A stretch of 64,000 nucleotides of DNA from the IMG/VR virus record IMGVR_UViG_3300032073_000001; one strand, written 5' to 3'. The notes beneath the pieces are model-generated. The model made no database searches and had not been told where the DNA came from. It saw nothing but the letters and a program-made list of their open reading frames with translations. This document shows positions 9,685 through 18,855 of the stretch, one piece after another. Origin of the DNA: an uncultured virus (IMG/VR IMGVR_UViG_3300032073_000001) (Duplodnaviria; Heunggongvirae; Uroviricota; Caudoviricetes). Made by a program: the position numbers and the translations under genes. Every line of letters begins with the position of its first letter. Positions within the stretch are counted from its first letter, which is position 1.

Positions 9685-10049
9685 ATCTTTCTTAGTTTCT
9701 CTACTATCTCAGCGTTAATGCCGATTTCTACTTTATCATCTTCCTTTAAATAATTTAAGAAGATTAAAAATGGTTTAATATACGAATAATGTTCTTCATT
9801 TATTTTAAACCAAATCATTCTATCAGCAGCTTCTATACCAAATACATTGTATATAACAATGAGATGATTAAGTATCAGTCGCTCTTGAAGATCTCCTGCC
9901 ATTTCGTATCGTTTTAAAAGTCTCTTTAAATATTTAAAACGACTTAGATCTTCTTTAAACTCTTCTACATCAGTAGCTTCGGGATTATTATAATGTTGAG
10001 CCGCAAATAATTCGAAATTCCTGGCCGTCAATTTATCAAATATCTTCAT
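9681..10049 (-). CDS. conserved T4-like hypothetical protein
   Basis: HYNNP, EDLSRFKYLKRL, RLILNHLIVIYNVFG. Confidence 0.75.
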   Translation of the reverse strand: MKIFDKLTARNFELFAAQHYNNPEATDVEEFKEDLSRFKYLKRLLKRYEMAGDLQERLILNHLIVIYNVFGIEAADRMIWFKINEEHYSYIKPFLIFLNYLKEDDKVEIGINAEIVEKLRKI

Positions 10050-10081
10050 AATGTTCCTATATATTAATTAGTATACAGTAC

Positions 10082-10089
10082 TACTTATA
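10082..10089 (-). promoter_or_regulatory. probable late promoter (TATAAGTA, 1 mismatch)
   Basis: intergenic, heads the operon that ends in spanins and lipase. Confidence 0.5.
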
Positions 10090-10099
10090 TAAGATAAAA

Positions 10100-10351
10100 C
10101 TATAATCCTAGCTCCTTTTTGAGCTCTCTAAAGCTACTACCGTCCCAACCAAGATATTCATCAGCATACTTAATAATATCTCTTTCGCTACCCGTAAGAG
10201 TAACTTTATCAGGACCATACATATTATCACCTTTACCAGGTTCTTCTTTAGCTTTAAGCTTAAACTTTTTAGCTTGTTTTGTGACTGGATATTCATCCAA
10301 ATCTGTTGCGATAGCTAGAGATGCTTCTCTAATATCTTTATAATTTTTCAT
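10100..10351 (-). CDS. putative internal head protein
   Basis: MKNYKDIRE CTS-like N-terminus. Confidence 0.6.
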   Translation of the reverse strand: MKNYKDIREASLAIATDLDEYPVTKQAKKFKLKAKEEPGKGDNMYGPDKVTLTGSERDIIKYADEYLGWDGSSFRELKKELGL

Positions 10352-10360
10352 TTTGTTCCC

Positions 10361-10597
10361 CTAAAGTAGCACTGCCAACATTGACAATCGCATTTTAAAT
10401 TTTTCCAAATCCTTTTTTAATACTGATACATCTTTTTTCATTTGACCAGCATTTTCACCTTGTTTATCCATTTTTTCAATTTGTTTAATCCAAAGTTCGA
10501 TCTGTTTAACTGACTTTTCAATGTTACCTATGAAAGCGCCTTTTGATTTATCAAATTGATCTTCGTTTAGTGGCCGAATTTCATTAAAGGATTTCAT
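10361..10597 (-). CDS. putative internal head protein
   Basis: MKSFNEIRPLNE CTS-like N-terminus. Confidence 0.6.
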   Translation of the reverse strand: MKSFNEIRPLNEDQFDKSKGAFIGNIEKSVKQIELWIKQIEKMDKQGENAGQMKKDVSVLKKDLEKFKMRLSMLAVLL

Positions 10598-11559
10598 TAC
10601 TTAAGCTCCGGCCATACATCTAATGCATCAGATTTGTCCCATCCATAAACATCAGGATCTGTAAGCATTTTTAATATTTGCTTATTATCACCGGTGACAT
10701 CAGCAGTACCTTGACGAGAATTAACTTTAAATTTAAGTTTAAACTTTTTCTCAGTATCTTTTGTGAATTTAGGATCACCTATCCAATCAATGTCAAGTGT
10801 GACTTTTTTTTCGCTCATTGAAGTAAGCTTATTGATTTCAGTAGGAGAAATAGTAATCGTTGTTTCTACTACTTCTTCTTCTGCATCTTCTTCGTTATCA
10901 GCTTCGTAGTTCTTATCTACGTAGTCAAAGAATTCTTTCTTTTTCTCTCCGTCTAATTCTGCTGGAGATTTAACACCAAATTTCTTTAATGCTTTTTGAA
11001 AGAAAGCTTGATACTTCTTTTGCTTATCAGAAACTTCTTCTTTAGTTTCTTCTTTAACTTCTTCAACCTCTTCTTTAGATTCATGAGCAGCTTTTAAAGC
11101 AGCAGCAACTTTAGGATCTTTTGTTGATCCTTTCTTCCATTTCTCTAGATCCTTCATAGCTTGCGTATAATTACCGCCTTTAGTTTTAGGATCATTAATG
11201 ATTTTCATTGCTTTTTTCATATCAGAAGCACTAAGGCCTTCTTCAACTTCTTCGGCCTCTTCTTTAACATTAGAACCATCAGTATTCATACCTGATTTCT
11301 TAACAACATGCTTATCTTTAAAGTCTTTTTCACCTTTAGCTTTAGGCTCTTCAGGAGATTCTTTCTTCTCATGGGTATAACCTTTAGCAGATAAAGCTTT
11401 ATGCTCTTCTTCGTTGTTGGCAGTTTCTTCTTCGCCGGTTTCAGGATGATACATCTTATGAGGATATTTTGGCTCTTCCTTTACCGCAGGCTTTTTACCT
11501 TCTAATACGTCTTTGACTGCCGCTGCAACGTTTAGAGTTTCTTTATCTTGCAATTTCAT
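10597..11559 (-). CDS. Lys/Glu-rich multidomain protein, probably head-internal
   Basis: start MKLQDKE with GGAG RBS; many V/L-x-E sites. Confidence 0.6.
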   Translation of the reverse strand: MKLQDKETLNVAAAVKDVLEGKKPAVKEEPKYPHKMYHPETGEEETANNEEEHKALSAKGYTHEKKESPEEPKAKGEKDFKDKHVVKKSGMNTDGSNVKEEAEEVEEGLSASDMKKAMKIINDPKTKGGNYTQAMKDLEKWKKGSTKDPKVAAALKAAHESKEEVEEVKEETKEEVSDKQKKYQAFFQKALKKFGVKSPAELDGEKKKEFFDYVDKNYEADNEEDAEEEVVETTITISPTEINKLTSMSEKKVTLDIDWIGDPKFTKDTEKKFKLKFKVNSRQGTADVTGDNKQILKMLTDPDVYGWDKSDALDVWPELK

Positions 11560-11573
11560 AGTTTTCTCCCTGT

Positions 11574-11912
11574 TTATTGCATTACTAGCATTCCAGTTAT
11601 AGCAGTTGCAGATGCAACCATTATAATCCAAAATACTTTGTTAATAACATTCACTACAACAGCGTTTTGTGTGACTGTACCTTCTAATTTTTCCATTCTT
11701 CTTGTAAGCTCAATGATCATTTCATTTTGTTGTTTACTAAAAGATGTTAACGTAGTTATTTTCTCTTCTGCTCGAGCTAACGATATTATCGCCTCGGACA
11801 TTCGATCAATTTTTTCTTCGATTCTATCCAATCTATCAGACTGATTCATATGATCTCTCTTTACTTGTGCAATGTCGTCTTGTGTCATTCCACGGGTTGT
11901 TTTATTTACCAT
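11574..11912 (-). CDS. coiled-coil protein with C-terminal TM (XhlA/holin-like architecture)
   Basis: heptads followed by VFWIIMVASATAITGMLV. Confidence 0.5.
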   Translation of the reverse strand: MVNKTTRGMTQDDIAQVKRDHMNQSDRLDRIEEKIDRMSEAIISLARAEEKITTLTSFSKQQNEMIIELTRRMEKLEGTVTQNAVVVNVINKVFWIIMVASATAITGMLVMQ

Positions 11913-12247
11913 CAGTTTTCCACCTTCGCGTTTGCTCGCCATTGATAACAAGACCAATATCTCGCTTTCCACTTAGGTCCAGGATTATCACAATTAAATC
12001 TTGCTCTGAAAGATCGTCTTCTTGCAGGATCATCTCGTTTTATATCCATATTAGGATCACCAAATCTTAATTTTATTACATTACCTTTTTCATTTTTAAC
12101 GTATACATGAAATTTGGCTTTTCCGTCGTCTGATCTCATAGGATCATTAAGTTTAACCTTTCTTCCTTGATACTCTGATTGTTCAACTACTACTTCTTCG
12201 TTGCATTCGTCACAACATTTTTTGTAATATTTGTAAAAATTTTCCAT
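11912..12247 (-). CDS. conserved phage hypothetical protein
   Basis: FGDPNM...RRSFRARFNC...ARYWSC. Confidence 0.7.
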   Translation of the reverse strand: MENFYKYYKKCCDECNEEVVVEQSEYQGRKVKLNDPMRSDDGKAKFHVYVKNEKGNVIKLRFGDPNMDIKRDDPARRRSFRARFNCDNPGPKWKARYWSCYQWRANAKVEN

Positions 12248-12483
12248 TATTTTTTTAAATCATATCTGAATGTTTTATCACCAGATTGACCCTTTTTAGT
12301 AATTCCATAACCAGCCATTTTTGCTAATGTTTGAAGATATGGCCATATTTTCTCATGTTTTTTTGACCTTTTAAACTTAAACATATCGTCTTTGATTTTA
12401 GTATAAAGAGCATCAGCCATTTCCATATCGCTCATTACGAGAGGAGCTTCATCAAGATTAGATTGTTCCTTAAAAGTTTTCAT
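12247..12483 (-). CDS. putative internal head protein
   Basis: MKTFKEQSNLDE. Confidence 0.65.
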   Translation of the reverse strand: MKTFKEQSNLDEAPLVMSDMEMADALYTKIKDDMFKFKRSKKHEKIWPYLQTLAKMAGYGITKKGQSGDKTFRYDLKK

Positions 12484-12484
12484 A

Positions 12485-12772
12485 TTAATCGTTTGACATT
12501 GTCATGGCAACCGTCATTAAATTTTTATCAGTTAGCTTTTGTTTGTTTATTTTTAAAAACTCAGAATTCTTCATGAATTTTATCATGTAAGGAAATTTCT
12601 TTTCTGCGTCCTTTACTGACATAAATTCATGTCTGTCAGTATCAAAAAACTTTGCGATATCCTTTTGGAGTTTTTTATCTTTCATAGTTTTAAAGAAGGC
12701 TGCAGGAGATTCAGGTTTCCACCCCCTTTCATTGAGTTGACTATTTTCTCTTAATTCTTTAAATGTTTTCAT
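12485..12772 (-). CDS. putative internal head protein
   Basis: MKTFKELRENSQLNE. Confidence 0.65.
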   Translation of the reverse strand: MKTFKELRENSQLNERGWKPESPAAFFKTMKDKKLQKDIAKFFDTDRHEFMSVKDAEKKFPYMIKFMKNSEFLKINKQKLTDKNLMTVAMTMSND

Positions 12773-13470
12773 TTCTTTTCTTTCCCCAGCATTGCTGCAA
12801 TTTTTATTAGAGTTGCTTTATCTTTATCTGATATTTTATCTAGTTGCTTTTTCTTTGCTATATCATCAAGTGATTTTGCCCAAGAAGCAGATGATTCATC
12901 GAACATTCCAGAAGCTTTCATCATAGCCATCGCGTCTTTCTTTGCCTTAGCCATATTCTTTTTATCTATTTTTTCAACTGCTTTTTTGATCATGGCTAAA
13001 CGTTTTTTCTTTTCTGCGTCAGATAATGCTTCATCAAGAGATTCTTTAAGTTTATCAAAAGCTTTTTTATCTGCTATTTTGTCCATTAACCAATCATCCA
13101 TTTCATCGGCATCATCTGTTTTAATATCATTGGTATATTCTAATGCCCATGCAAGTAATGCATTTTCAGCTTTCCAATCTAGATCTCCACCCTTTTGGAA
13201 CTTTTCGATTTCCCTTTTAAATTTTCTTTTAATATCTTTTATTTTTGGACCACGACCTTCGAATAAAGCAAATGATTCTTTAATCTTAATGCCTTCTTTT
13301 GCAACCAGTTTCCAACCTTGTCTCTTCATTTTGTCAGCAGTTTTTCCGTCTACTTTACGAGTAAACTGGCCTTTTTTCATAATATATTCTTCTTTGCCTT
13401 CATCGACCTTTGGTTGTTGACCTTGATTCCATGCTATTTTAGCGTGATAAAATTCTTTAAAATCTTGCAT
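12769..13470 (-). CDS. putative internal head polyprotein-like protein
   Basis: start MQDFKEFY just after upstream stop; modules separated by V/L/F-x-E sites. Confidence 0.6.
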   Translation of the reverse strand: MQDFKEFYHAKIAWNQGQQPKVDEGKEEYIMKKGQFTRKVDGKTADKMKRQGWKLVAKEGIKIKESFALFEGRGPKIKDIKRKFKREIEKFQKGGDLDWKAENALLAWALEYTNDIKTDDADEMDDWLMDKIADKKAFDKLKESLDEALSDAEKKKRLAMIKKAVEKIDKKNMAKAKKDAMAMMKASGMFDESSASWAKSLDDIAKKKQLDKISDKDKATLIKIAAMLGKEKK

Positions 13471-13471
13471 C

Positions 13472-13735
13472 TTAATTTCCGTTATGTTTTTTCCACAGAT
13501 CAGCATCTGCGGTTGTTCTTGTTTTTCCACCATTAATGAACGAATTAACTCGTGCATGGGCCCATTGAGTTGGATTTGTTCCAGGTCTATGACCAGTTTT
13601 CCAAGCTCCATAACCTCTGTCGAAAACCTGCTTTAGAATAGAATAAGAAATACCAGATTCTGCTGCTTTCTTCTTTAACGAATTCTTTACTGCTTCATCT
13701 TCTGATAATTGATTATATTCTAAAAAAGTTTTCAT
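13472..13735 (-). CDS. conserved phage protein with CTS-like N-terminus
   Basis: MKTFLEYNQLSE; RGYGAW..GHRPG..QWA.ARVNSF. Confidence 0.7.
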   Translation of the reverse strand: MKTFLEYNQLSEDEAVKNSLKKKAAESGISYSILKQVFDRGYGAWKTGHRPGTNPTQWAHARVNSFINGGKTRTTADADLWKKHNGN

Positions 13736-13736
13736 T

Positions 13737-15014
13737 TTAGTGTATATTAACTCCCAACTCTTTTAATCTAGCAGCCACAATACTATTGCAGCTTTCACCG
13801 GTTTTTCCTGTGTCAGGATCTAAATCATCAAGCAATTGATCATCGTAAATATATCTTGATATTCCTTCTGCATATGCTTCTGATTTATCATCACCAACCT
13901 TTAAATCTTTGTTTTTTCTCATAAACATAACAAGTTCTGCTGCCATTTTTTTAGCTTCATCTTTGTTATCTGAGAAAATACCAATTTCCATTGTACCTTC
14001 TTGGATTTTAATTCCTACTCTTATATCGTCAAAACTTTTTGTCATGAACCAATCCGGTTTTAAATTCTTACGTTTAAATTCTTCTTCTGCTGCAAAAGCC
14101 ATAAATGTTCTCCAACCTTTATGCTCTCCAGGAGTGTCCTTCTGATATCTATTTATAAGATCTGGTGTTCCAATATCACCTCCACCATGCTCTTCTACGA
14201 GAGATATATCTTCTAACCAATATCGGTTTGGTTTTTCGTTTTCATTGATAGACACAGAAACATAATTAGAACCTAACATTTTAATAGTTCCGAATTGTTT
14301 TGTTTCTTTTATGATTACTTGTTGACCTACTTTGAAAAGATCACCTTCAATATATGATTCTCTTAAATCAGAGATTGGATCAAGCTTAACTTTCTTATAA
14401 TGATTGTATGTTTCTTTAAGACCCATTCCTTTGCGTACTGCATTAAATAATTCGGATCCATCTTTATATGCTTTGGGCAAACCTTTTGAAAACAAATCAT
14501 AATCATTTCCGGCAGCTGCAGTTCTCATTTTAGAAGCAGACATTCCACTTGCATCATCTGCGTCAGGATCTCTTTCTCCTGCAGATACTACTGAAATACC
14601 ATCTCTAAAATTATAAAAACCATGTCGCGATTTTACATTATTATATTTGTTAAGCAGCGTTTTAAATTCTGTTAACCTATCTGAACCTACAACCATAGTT
14701 ACTGTTGTAAAACCTTGATCATATAGTTTTACACATATGTCCATTGCAGTACGCACGTCTTTATCGGCCATAACCGAACGCGCATGTTTAGGAAACATCT
14801 TACGTAAGAATTTTACTTTGTCTTTAAATTTGAGTGGGTTTTTCTTTGGATCTTCGCTCTTAGAACAATATATTCTATAAGATCCATTTGAAATGCTTTT
14901 GAGTTTATCAAATAGGATTTCATGACCATTTGTTGGGGGATTGAATCTCCCAAATACAAAAGTTACTGACTTCCCAGATGCTTCATCTACGTATTGACTG
15001 AATGACTTTATCAT
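13737..15014 (-). CDS. cytidylyltransferase-superfamily (HxGH) nucleotidyltransferase with C-terminal extensions
   Basis: FGRFNPPTNGH, VVGSDR, SASKMR. Confidence 0.85.
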   Translation of the reverse strand: MIKSFSQYVDEASGKSVTFVFGRFNPPTNGHEILFDKLKSISNGSYRIYCSKSEDPKKNPLKFKDKVKFLRKMFPKHARSVMADKDVRTAMDICVKLYDQGFTTVTMVVGSDRLTEFKTLLNKYNNVKSRHGFYNFRDGISVVSAGERDPDADDASGMSASKMRTAAAGNDYDLFSKGLPKAYKDGSELFNAVRKGMGLKETYNHYKKVKLDPISDLRESYIEGDLFKVGQQVIIKETKQFGTIKMLGSNYVSVSINENEKPNRYWLEDISLVEEHGGGDIGTPDLINRYQKDTPGEHKGWRTFMAFAAEEEFKRKNLKPDWFMTKSFDDIRVGIKIQEGTMEIGIFSDNKDEAKKMAAELVMFMRKNKDLKVGDDKSEAYAEGISRYIYDDQLLDDLDPDTGKTGESCNSIVAARLKELGVNIH

Positions 15015-15035
15015 AATCCTCGGTTTATTTCCATG

Positions 15036-16274
15036 TTAGTTGGGATTATCCCAACCTTTTATAATATCTTTGCTAAAATTGTTAGTAGAAAATTCTAATC
15101 TATTAACAAGCTTAACGGCTCCACCTTCCATACGATCTATAGCAACAAAACCTTCGGGGTTGGTTACTTTAAATCCGGATTTAGTTTTAACAAAAGTTCC
15201 TATAGAACTTAAGCTGTTTAGTTTATTTATAATAATTAATTTCGCATCTGTGATATAATTCTGTAAATCATACACTAAAGCTAAGTTTTTTAGATTTTTA
15301 TCACTAAAAAAGCTTAAAACATCATCTCTTTTATCGGCTTTAGCTTGTTTAGATGCAGGTCTTGTAACTTTATCAATTTCTTTTTGATATCTGTCTTTGA
15401 CAAACATGACTAAACCTTTTGCGTGTTTACTTGTATCTTTAATTCTTTGACCTTCTCGAACTTTTCTATTATTCCATATGTTCATTACAAGGTTTAATTC
15501 TTTATTTGATTCTATTTCTTTTAGCGTTGTGGAAGATATTTTTTTAAATACCATTCCAGCTAATTGTAATTTCTCTGTAACCTTTTTCGTTTGAGCAGCG
15601 GTTAATACTGCACCTTCTGTAGCAGGCAATTTAGCATCTACCATCCATACCTTTTTTGAAGGTTTTAATTTCTTAACAATATCTCTTCCAAATTCTGCTT
15701 GCATTGTTTCAAATGCCAAACCTTTATATGTTGTGTGCCAAACTATACCAATTTCTGCAGAGGATATCGTTTTAGCCAAAGGATTATCCATAGGAATCGC
15801 ATAAGCAATTGTATTCGGATGAAATACTAAATGTTTAACTCCATTAATTGTTTCTGTTTTAAGATCTTTTTTCTCAAACATAAAATCACCTTGGATTACT
15901 TCTTTAATACCAAGATCTTTTAAATTATCAAAAGCTTTAATTAGTTTTCCTTGTAGATCTCCAGATGTATCTGCTTTGATATCTTCATGTGATTTATATA
16001 TTTTAGGATTTTTTGCAAATATTCCTTTCTTTGCAACAAAGAATTTTCCATCGCTTGGATCTTCACCTGCAAAAACGGCGGGGGCACCGTCCCATTTAAC
16101 TGTCACATCTACTGCAGATGATGTATTACCAGCTAGCATATCTCTGAGCGATCTAAGCGCGAGAATTGCTTGGCGTGCCCCCTTGACTCCACCGTCTAGA
16201 ACTAAATCCTCAATATGTGTCATATGAGTATTTTTTCCAGCGGCCTCATGTAGGTTTTGTTTAAATGTTTTCAT
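15036..16274 (-). CDS. DUF6267-type protein with polynucleotide-ligase-like motifs
   Basis: KNTHMTHIED, VKWDG (motif I), IQGD, PEGFVA (IV), VKLV (V). Confidence 0.7.
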   Translation of the reverse strand: MKTFKQNLHEAAGKNTHMTHIEDLVLDGGVKGARQAILALRSLRDMLAGNTSSAVDVTVKWDGAPAVFAGEDPSDGKFFVAKKGIFAKNPKIYKSHEDIKADTSGDLQGKLIKAFDNLKDLGIKEVIQGDFMFEKKDLKTETINGVKHLVFHPNTIAYAIPMDNPLAKTISSAEIGIVWHTTYKGLAFETMQAEFGRDIVKKLKPSKKVWMVDAKLPATEGAVLTAAQTKKVTEKLQLAGMVFKKISSTTLKEIESNKELNLVMNIWNNRKVREGQRIKDTSKHAKGLVMFVKDRYQKEIDKVTRPASKQAKADKRDDVLSFFSDKNLKNLALVYDLQNYITDAKLIIINKLNSLSSIGTFVKTKSGFKVTNPEGFVAIDRMEGGAVKLVNRLEFSTNNFSKDIIKGWDNPN

Positions 16275-16441
16275 TTAAGTGATCCTCCTGCGGCGACAAA
16301 TGCGGCAATAGCCATTTTGCGCCTTTCATCTTGTGTTTTACCATCAAATTGAGGAGCATCTGATTTCATAAAATCTTTTATCCATGCGCCAATCCCTTGA
16401 CCCACAGATAGTTTTTCTCTTATTTGACCAAACGTCTTCAT
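16271..16441 (-). CDS. 56-aa putative internal head protein (not in ORF track)
   Basis: MKTFGQIRE...SDAPQFDGK...RKMAIAAF; coupled to both neighbours. Confidence 0.75.
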   Translation of the reverse strand: MKTFGQIREKLSVGQGIGAWIKDFMKSDAPQFDGKTQDERRKMAIAAFVAAGGSLK

Positions 16442-17815
16442 CTATTTTCCAACCTTTACGTATACGCTTGAATCTAATGATTTAGATCCTGCATAATTTA
16501 CGAAATGAGTTACAACATTATCGGCTTTTGTACCAGTGTGTAAACTTAGGTAGTATAATACATACATACAACCTAACTTAGCTGATATCCAAAACCAATC
16601 TTTCTTTTCTAATTCTTGTAAGAAGTCTTCATATTTTACATTTTTGTAAAAATGATTGAACATCGTCCAAAATAGTTTAAGTTCTCTTTTAGAACCTTTT
16701 TCTATTTTCTTCGCGTAATTCTTTATGCCCTTTGCATGAGGCGGGAGTGTTTTCTTTGTTTCCCTTTTCATGAACTCTTGCATAACACCCCAGGATAATC
16801 CCCCTCCTCGAGCTTTCTTTCCTTTTATTTCGGCCTTAACTGTATCTCCTGGAGAATTATCTTTTAATATCATTTCTCCTGTATCAAATACAATTGTTGC
16901 ACCTTTTGCTGACCAAAAATCACCACCTTTTGATTCTAATTCAAGACTTTTAATCTTATGTGTATCAGTATCTGGTGGATATTCATTATTTAATTCTACA
17001 ATAGGTGCAGCTTTTAAGGATGATTGTTTAAGCGATATACCAACTAAACGTTTAGTATTAAAATGCTCTAATAATGATTTATTAAATGCACCTACAGAAG
17101 ATGTATCTAATTCTTTTGATAAATTAAAGCTTTTATCAATTGCCCAAATATCTCCAGGATTCCACTTATCATCTTTAAGTGGTTTAAATCCGTTATTCTT
17201 ATATGCTTGATTTTTCATAGCATATATTTCAATCATCTTTTTATCACCCCGGTGAAATACTTGATTCTTATTAAGATATCCACCTTTCATTAATGCTACT
17301 GCAGAAGCGTATGATGATTCCCACCAATTATCAGGGGTTTCTAATATTTGTTTTTCATTAGAATCTGTTTTGGTAGATTTAAAAGCTTGTGCAATAATCT
17401 TATCATCAAAGAAATCGAAATCATGCATACCATGATCAAGGAATGCTTGACACATTGCAGCTTGATGACATTCGTTTCTTTGAGTATCTTTTGTTCCTGA
17501 ACCTGCTCCACCAAAACCACCGCCAAATACCTTTGATTTAGCTAAATGATTAGACATAATAAATTTCTCTCCATCGCCTTTGAGAGCGAAATTCTTTTCG
17601 TCTTTTTTATATGTTTCGATCGATTGCAATGCAGATTCAATATCTTTTACAACAAAGGTTCCACCTTTTGCCAATTCAAGTGGTGTTCCATCTTGAATTA
17701 ATCTTTTTAAAATGTCTAGTCTTGGTTCACCGGTTCTACTATTAGGTTTTAATAGTTCTCCACCACCTAAATTTGTGGCTTCTTTAATTGCTACGAATGA
17801 ATCAAACTTTTTCAT
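16442..17815 (-). CDS. putative PD-(D/E)xK-like endonuclease with CTS-like N-terminus
   Basis: NE...KWNPGDIW...LVGISLK; start MKKFDSFVAIKE. Confidence 0.55.
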   Translation of the reverse strand: MKKFDSFVAIKEATNLGGGELLKPNSRTGEPRLDILKRLIQDGTPLELAKGGTFVVKDIESALQSIETYKKDEKNFALKGDGEKFIMSNHLAKSKVFGGGFGGAGSGTKDTQRNECHQAAMCQAFLDHGMHDFDFFDDKIIAQAFKSTKTDSNEKQILETPDNWWESSYASAVALMKGGYLNKNQVFHRGDKKMIEIYAMKNQAYKNNGFKPLKDDKWNPGDIWAIDKSFNLSKELDTSSVGAFNKSLLEHFNTKRLVGISLKQSSLKAAPIVELNNEYPPDTDTHKIKSLELESKGGDFWSAKGATIVFDTGEMILKDNSPGDTVKAEIKGKKARGGGLSWGVMQEFMKRETKKTLPPHAKGIKNYAKKIEKGSKRELKLFWTMFNHFYKNVKYEDFLQELEKKDWFWISAKLGCMYVLYYLSLHTGTKADNVVTHFVNYAGSKSLDSSVYVKVGK

Positions 17816-18369
17816 TAAGATGCCTTTATAAAAACTGCTAACATTAATCCGCTATCAGTTTTATCTGTTCCAAATGATGCAGGTTTTATTCTATGTGCAT
17901 TCTCATGGTTAAAGAATACTAGATCATTTTCTGTTAGTGCTGATTCTACTGGAGGATCATAAGTATCATCACCCGTTTGTCTGTAGAATTGTATTGCATT
18001 TTCTGTTTCAGTTAACCATAAAACCGCGACATGAGTAGGTTTATAAACCGGATCAAATCCAGTTTGTGTATCATAATGAATTCCAGGTTCAGTGTCGCTT
18101 TGTTTATAATATTGACAATAAGCCATTTTTTCAGATACAGTTAAACTAAACTTATCTTCAAAAGCAGTTACTATTTCATCAATTGATGTTTTAATTGCTC
18201 CTGATGTAGCAGTACTTGCTACTGTTCCGCGATATACTGTAGGACTTGCCCAAACGGGATCATCTGTAGTTTGCGGATGATTAGCTCTATCGTAATATGT
18301 TAATCCTAATGCAGCAGTACGTGTTGCTGCTAGATTAGATACTGCGTTTGACTTTTTAAATAGTAACAT
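17815..18369 (-). CDS. 2OG-Fe(II) oxygenase-like DSBH protein
   Basis: IHYD, AVLWL, LVFF...H facial-triad spacing. Confidence 0.55.
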   Translation of the reverse strand: MLLFKKSNAVSNLAATRTAALGLTYYDRANHPQTTDDPVWASPTVYRGTVASTATSGAIKTSIDEIVTAFEDKFSLTVSEKMAYCQYYKQSDTEPGIHYDTQTGFDPVYKPTHVAVLWLTETENAIQFYRQTGDDTYDPPVESALTENDLVFFNHENAHRIKPASFGTDKTDSGLMLAVFIKAS

Positions 18370-18393
18370 AAAAATATTCCCTTTGTATAGATC

Positions 18394-18401
18394 TATTTAT
18401 A
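18394..18401 (-). promoter_or_regulatory. T4-type late promoter
   Basis: TATAAATA heading the CTS gene cluster. Confidence 0.8.
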
Positions 18402-18413
18402 CATTTTAAAATC

Positions 18414-18596
18414 TTAATCTTCTGGTAAAAAGAACGGATTTGGTTTTATATTACCTTTATCGTCGTATGCAATTATCCTTTTTTTATGCAATATTTCTAA
18501 TAAAGCTTCTGCTCCATCAGCTCTACCAATTTTATAACTTGAATAACCACAAGCTACGATTAACACAGCGGGAATTAATAATCCTAAAATATCCAT
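18414..18596 (-). CDS. small membrane protein
   Basis: N-terminal TM helix. Confidence 0.6.
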   Translation of the reverse strand: MDILGLLIPAVLIVACGYSSYKIGRADGAEALLEILHKKRIIAYDDKGNIKPNPFFLPED

Positions 18597-18752
18597 TTAT
18601 ATGTCTACTTTAAACATTACAGCTTCATAGCCGTTATTTAACATATCTTGTTTAAATGCTCGAGCTTCTTCTTCGATAGCAAAAAGATATTCAGCCATCA
18701 AAGTTTGACTCATAGTTGCTATTACTTTCCAACTAGTTATTTTATTTTCCAT
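18597..18752 (-). CDS. hypothetical protein
   Basis: start MENKIT with GGAG RBS. Confidence 0.6.
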   Translation of the reverse strand: MENKITSWKVIATMSQTLMAEYLFAIEEEARAFKQDMLNNGYEAVMFKVDI

Positions 18753-18855
18753 CACATTCTCCATATAATAATGTGGGGGTCCACAACTCCCCCTTGTACG
18801 TTCTGACGTAACCACTCGCGGCTTTCGTGCGTCCTACGAGTGACGCTTCATGATC
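18753..18855 (-). ncRNA. candidate structured RNA / regulatory leader
   Basis: GC-rich intergenic stretch with several stems and complementary loops. Confidence 0.35.

Noticed and set aside
18797..18855. Hammerhead ribozyme or c-di-GMP riboswitch
   Set aside because: GAAA and GGACGCA-like pieces exist, but the CUGANGA core and full riboswitch architecture are missing
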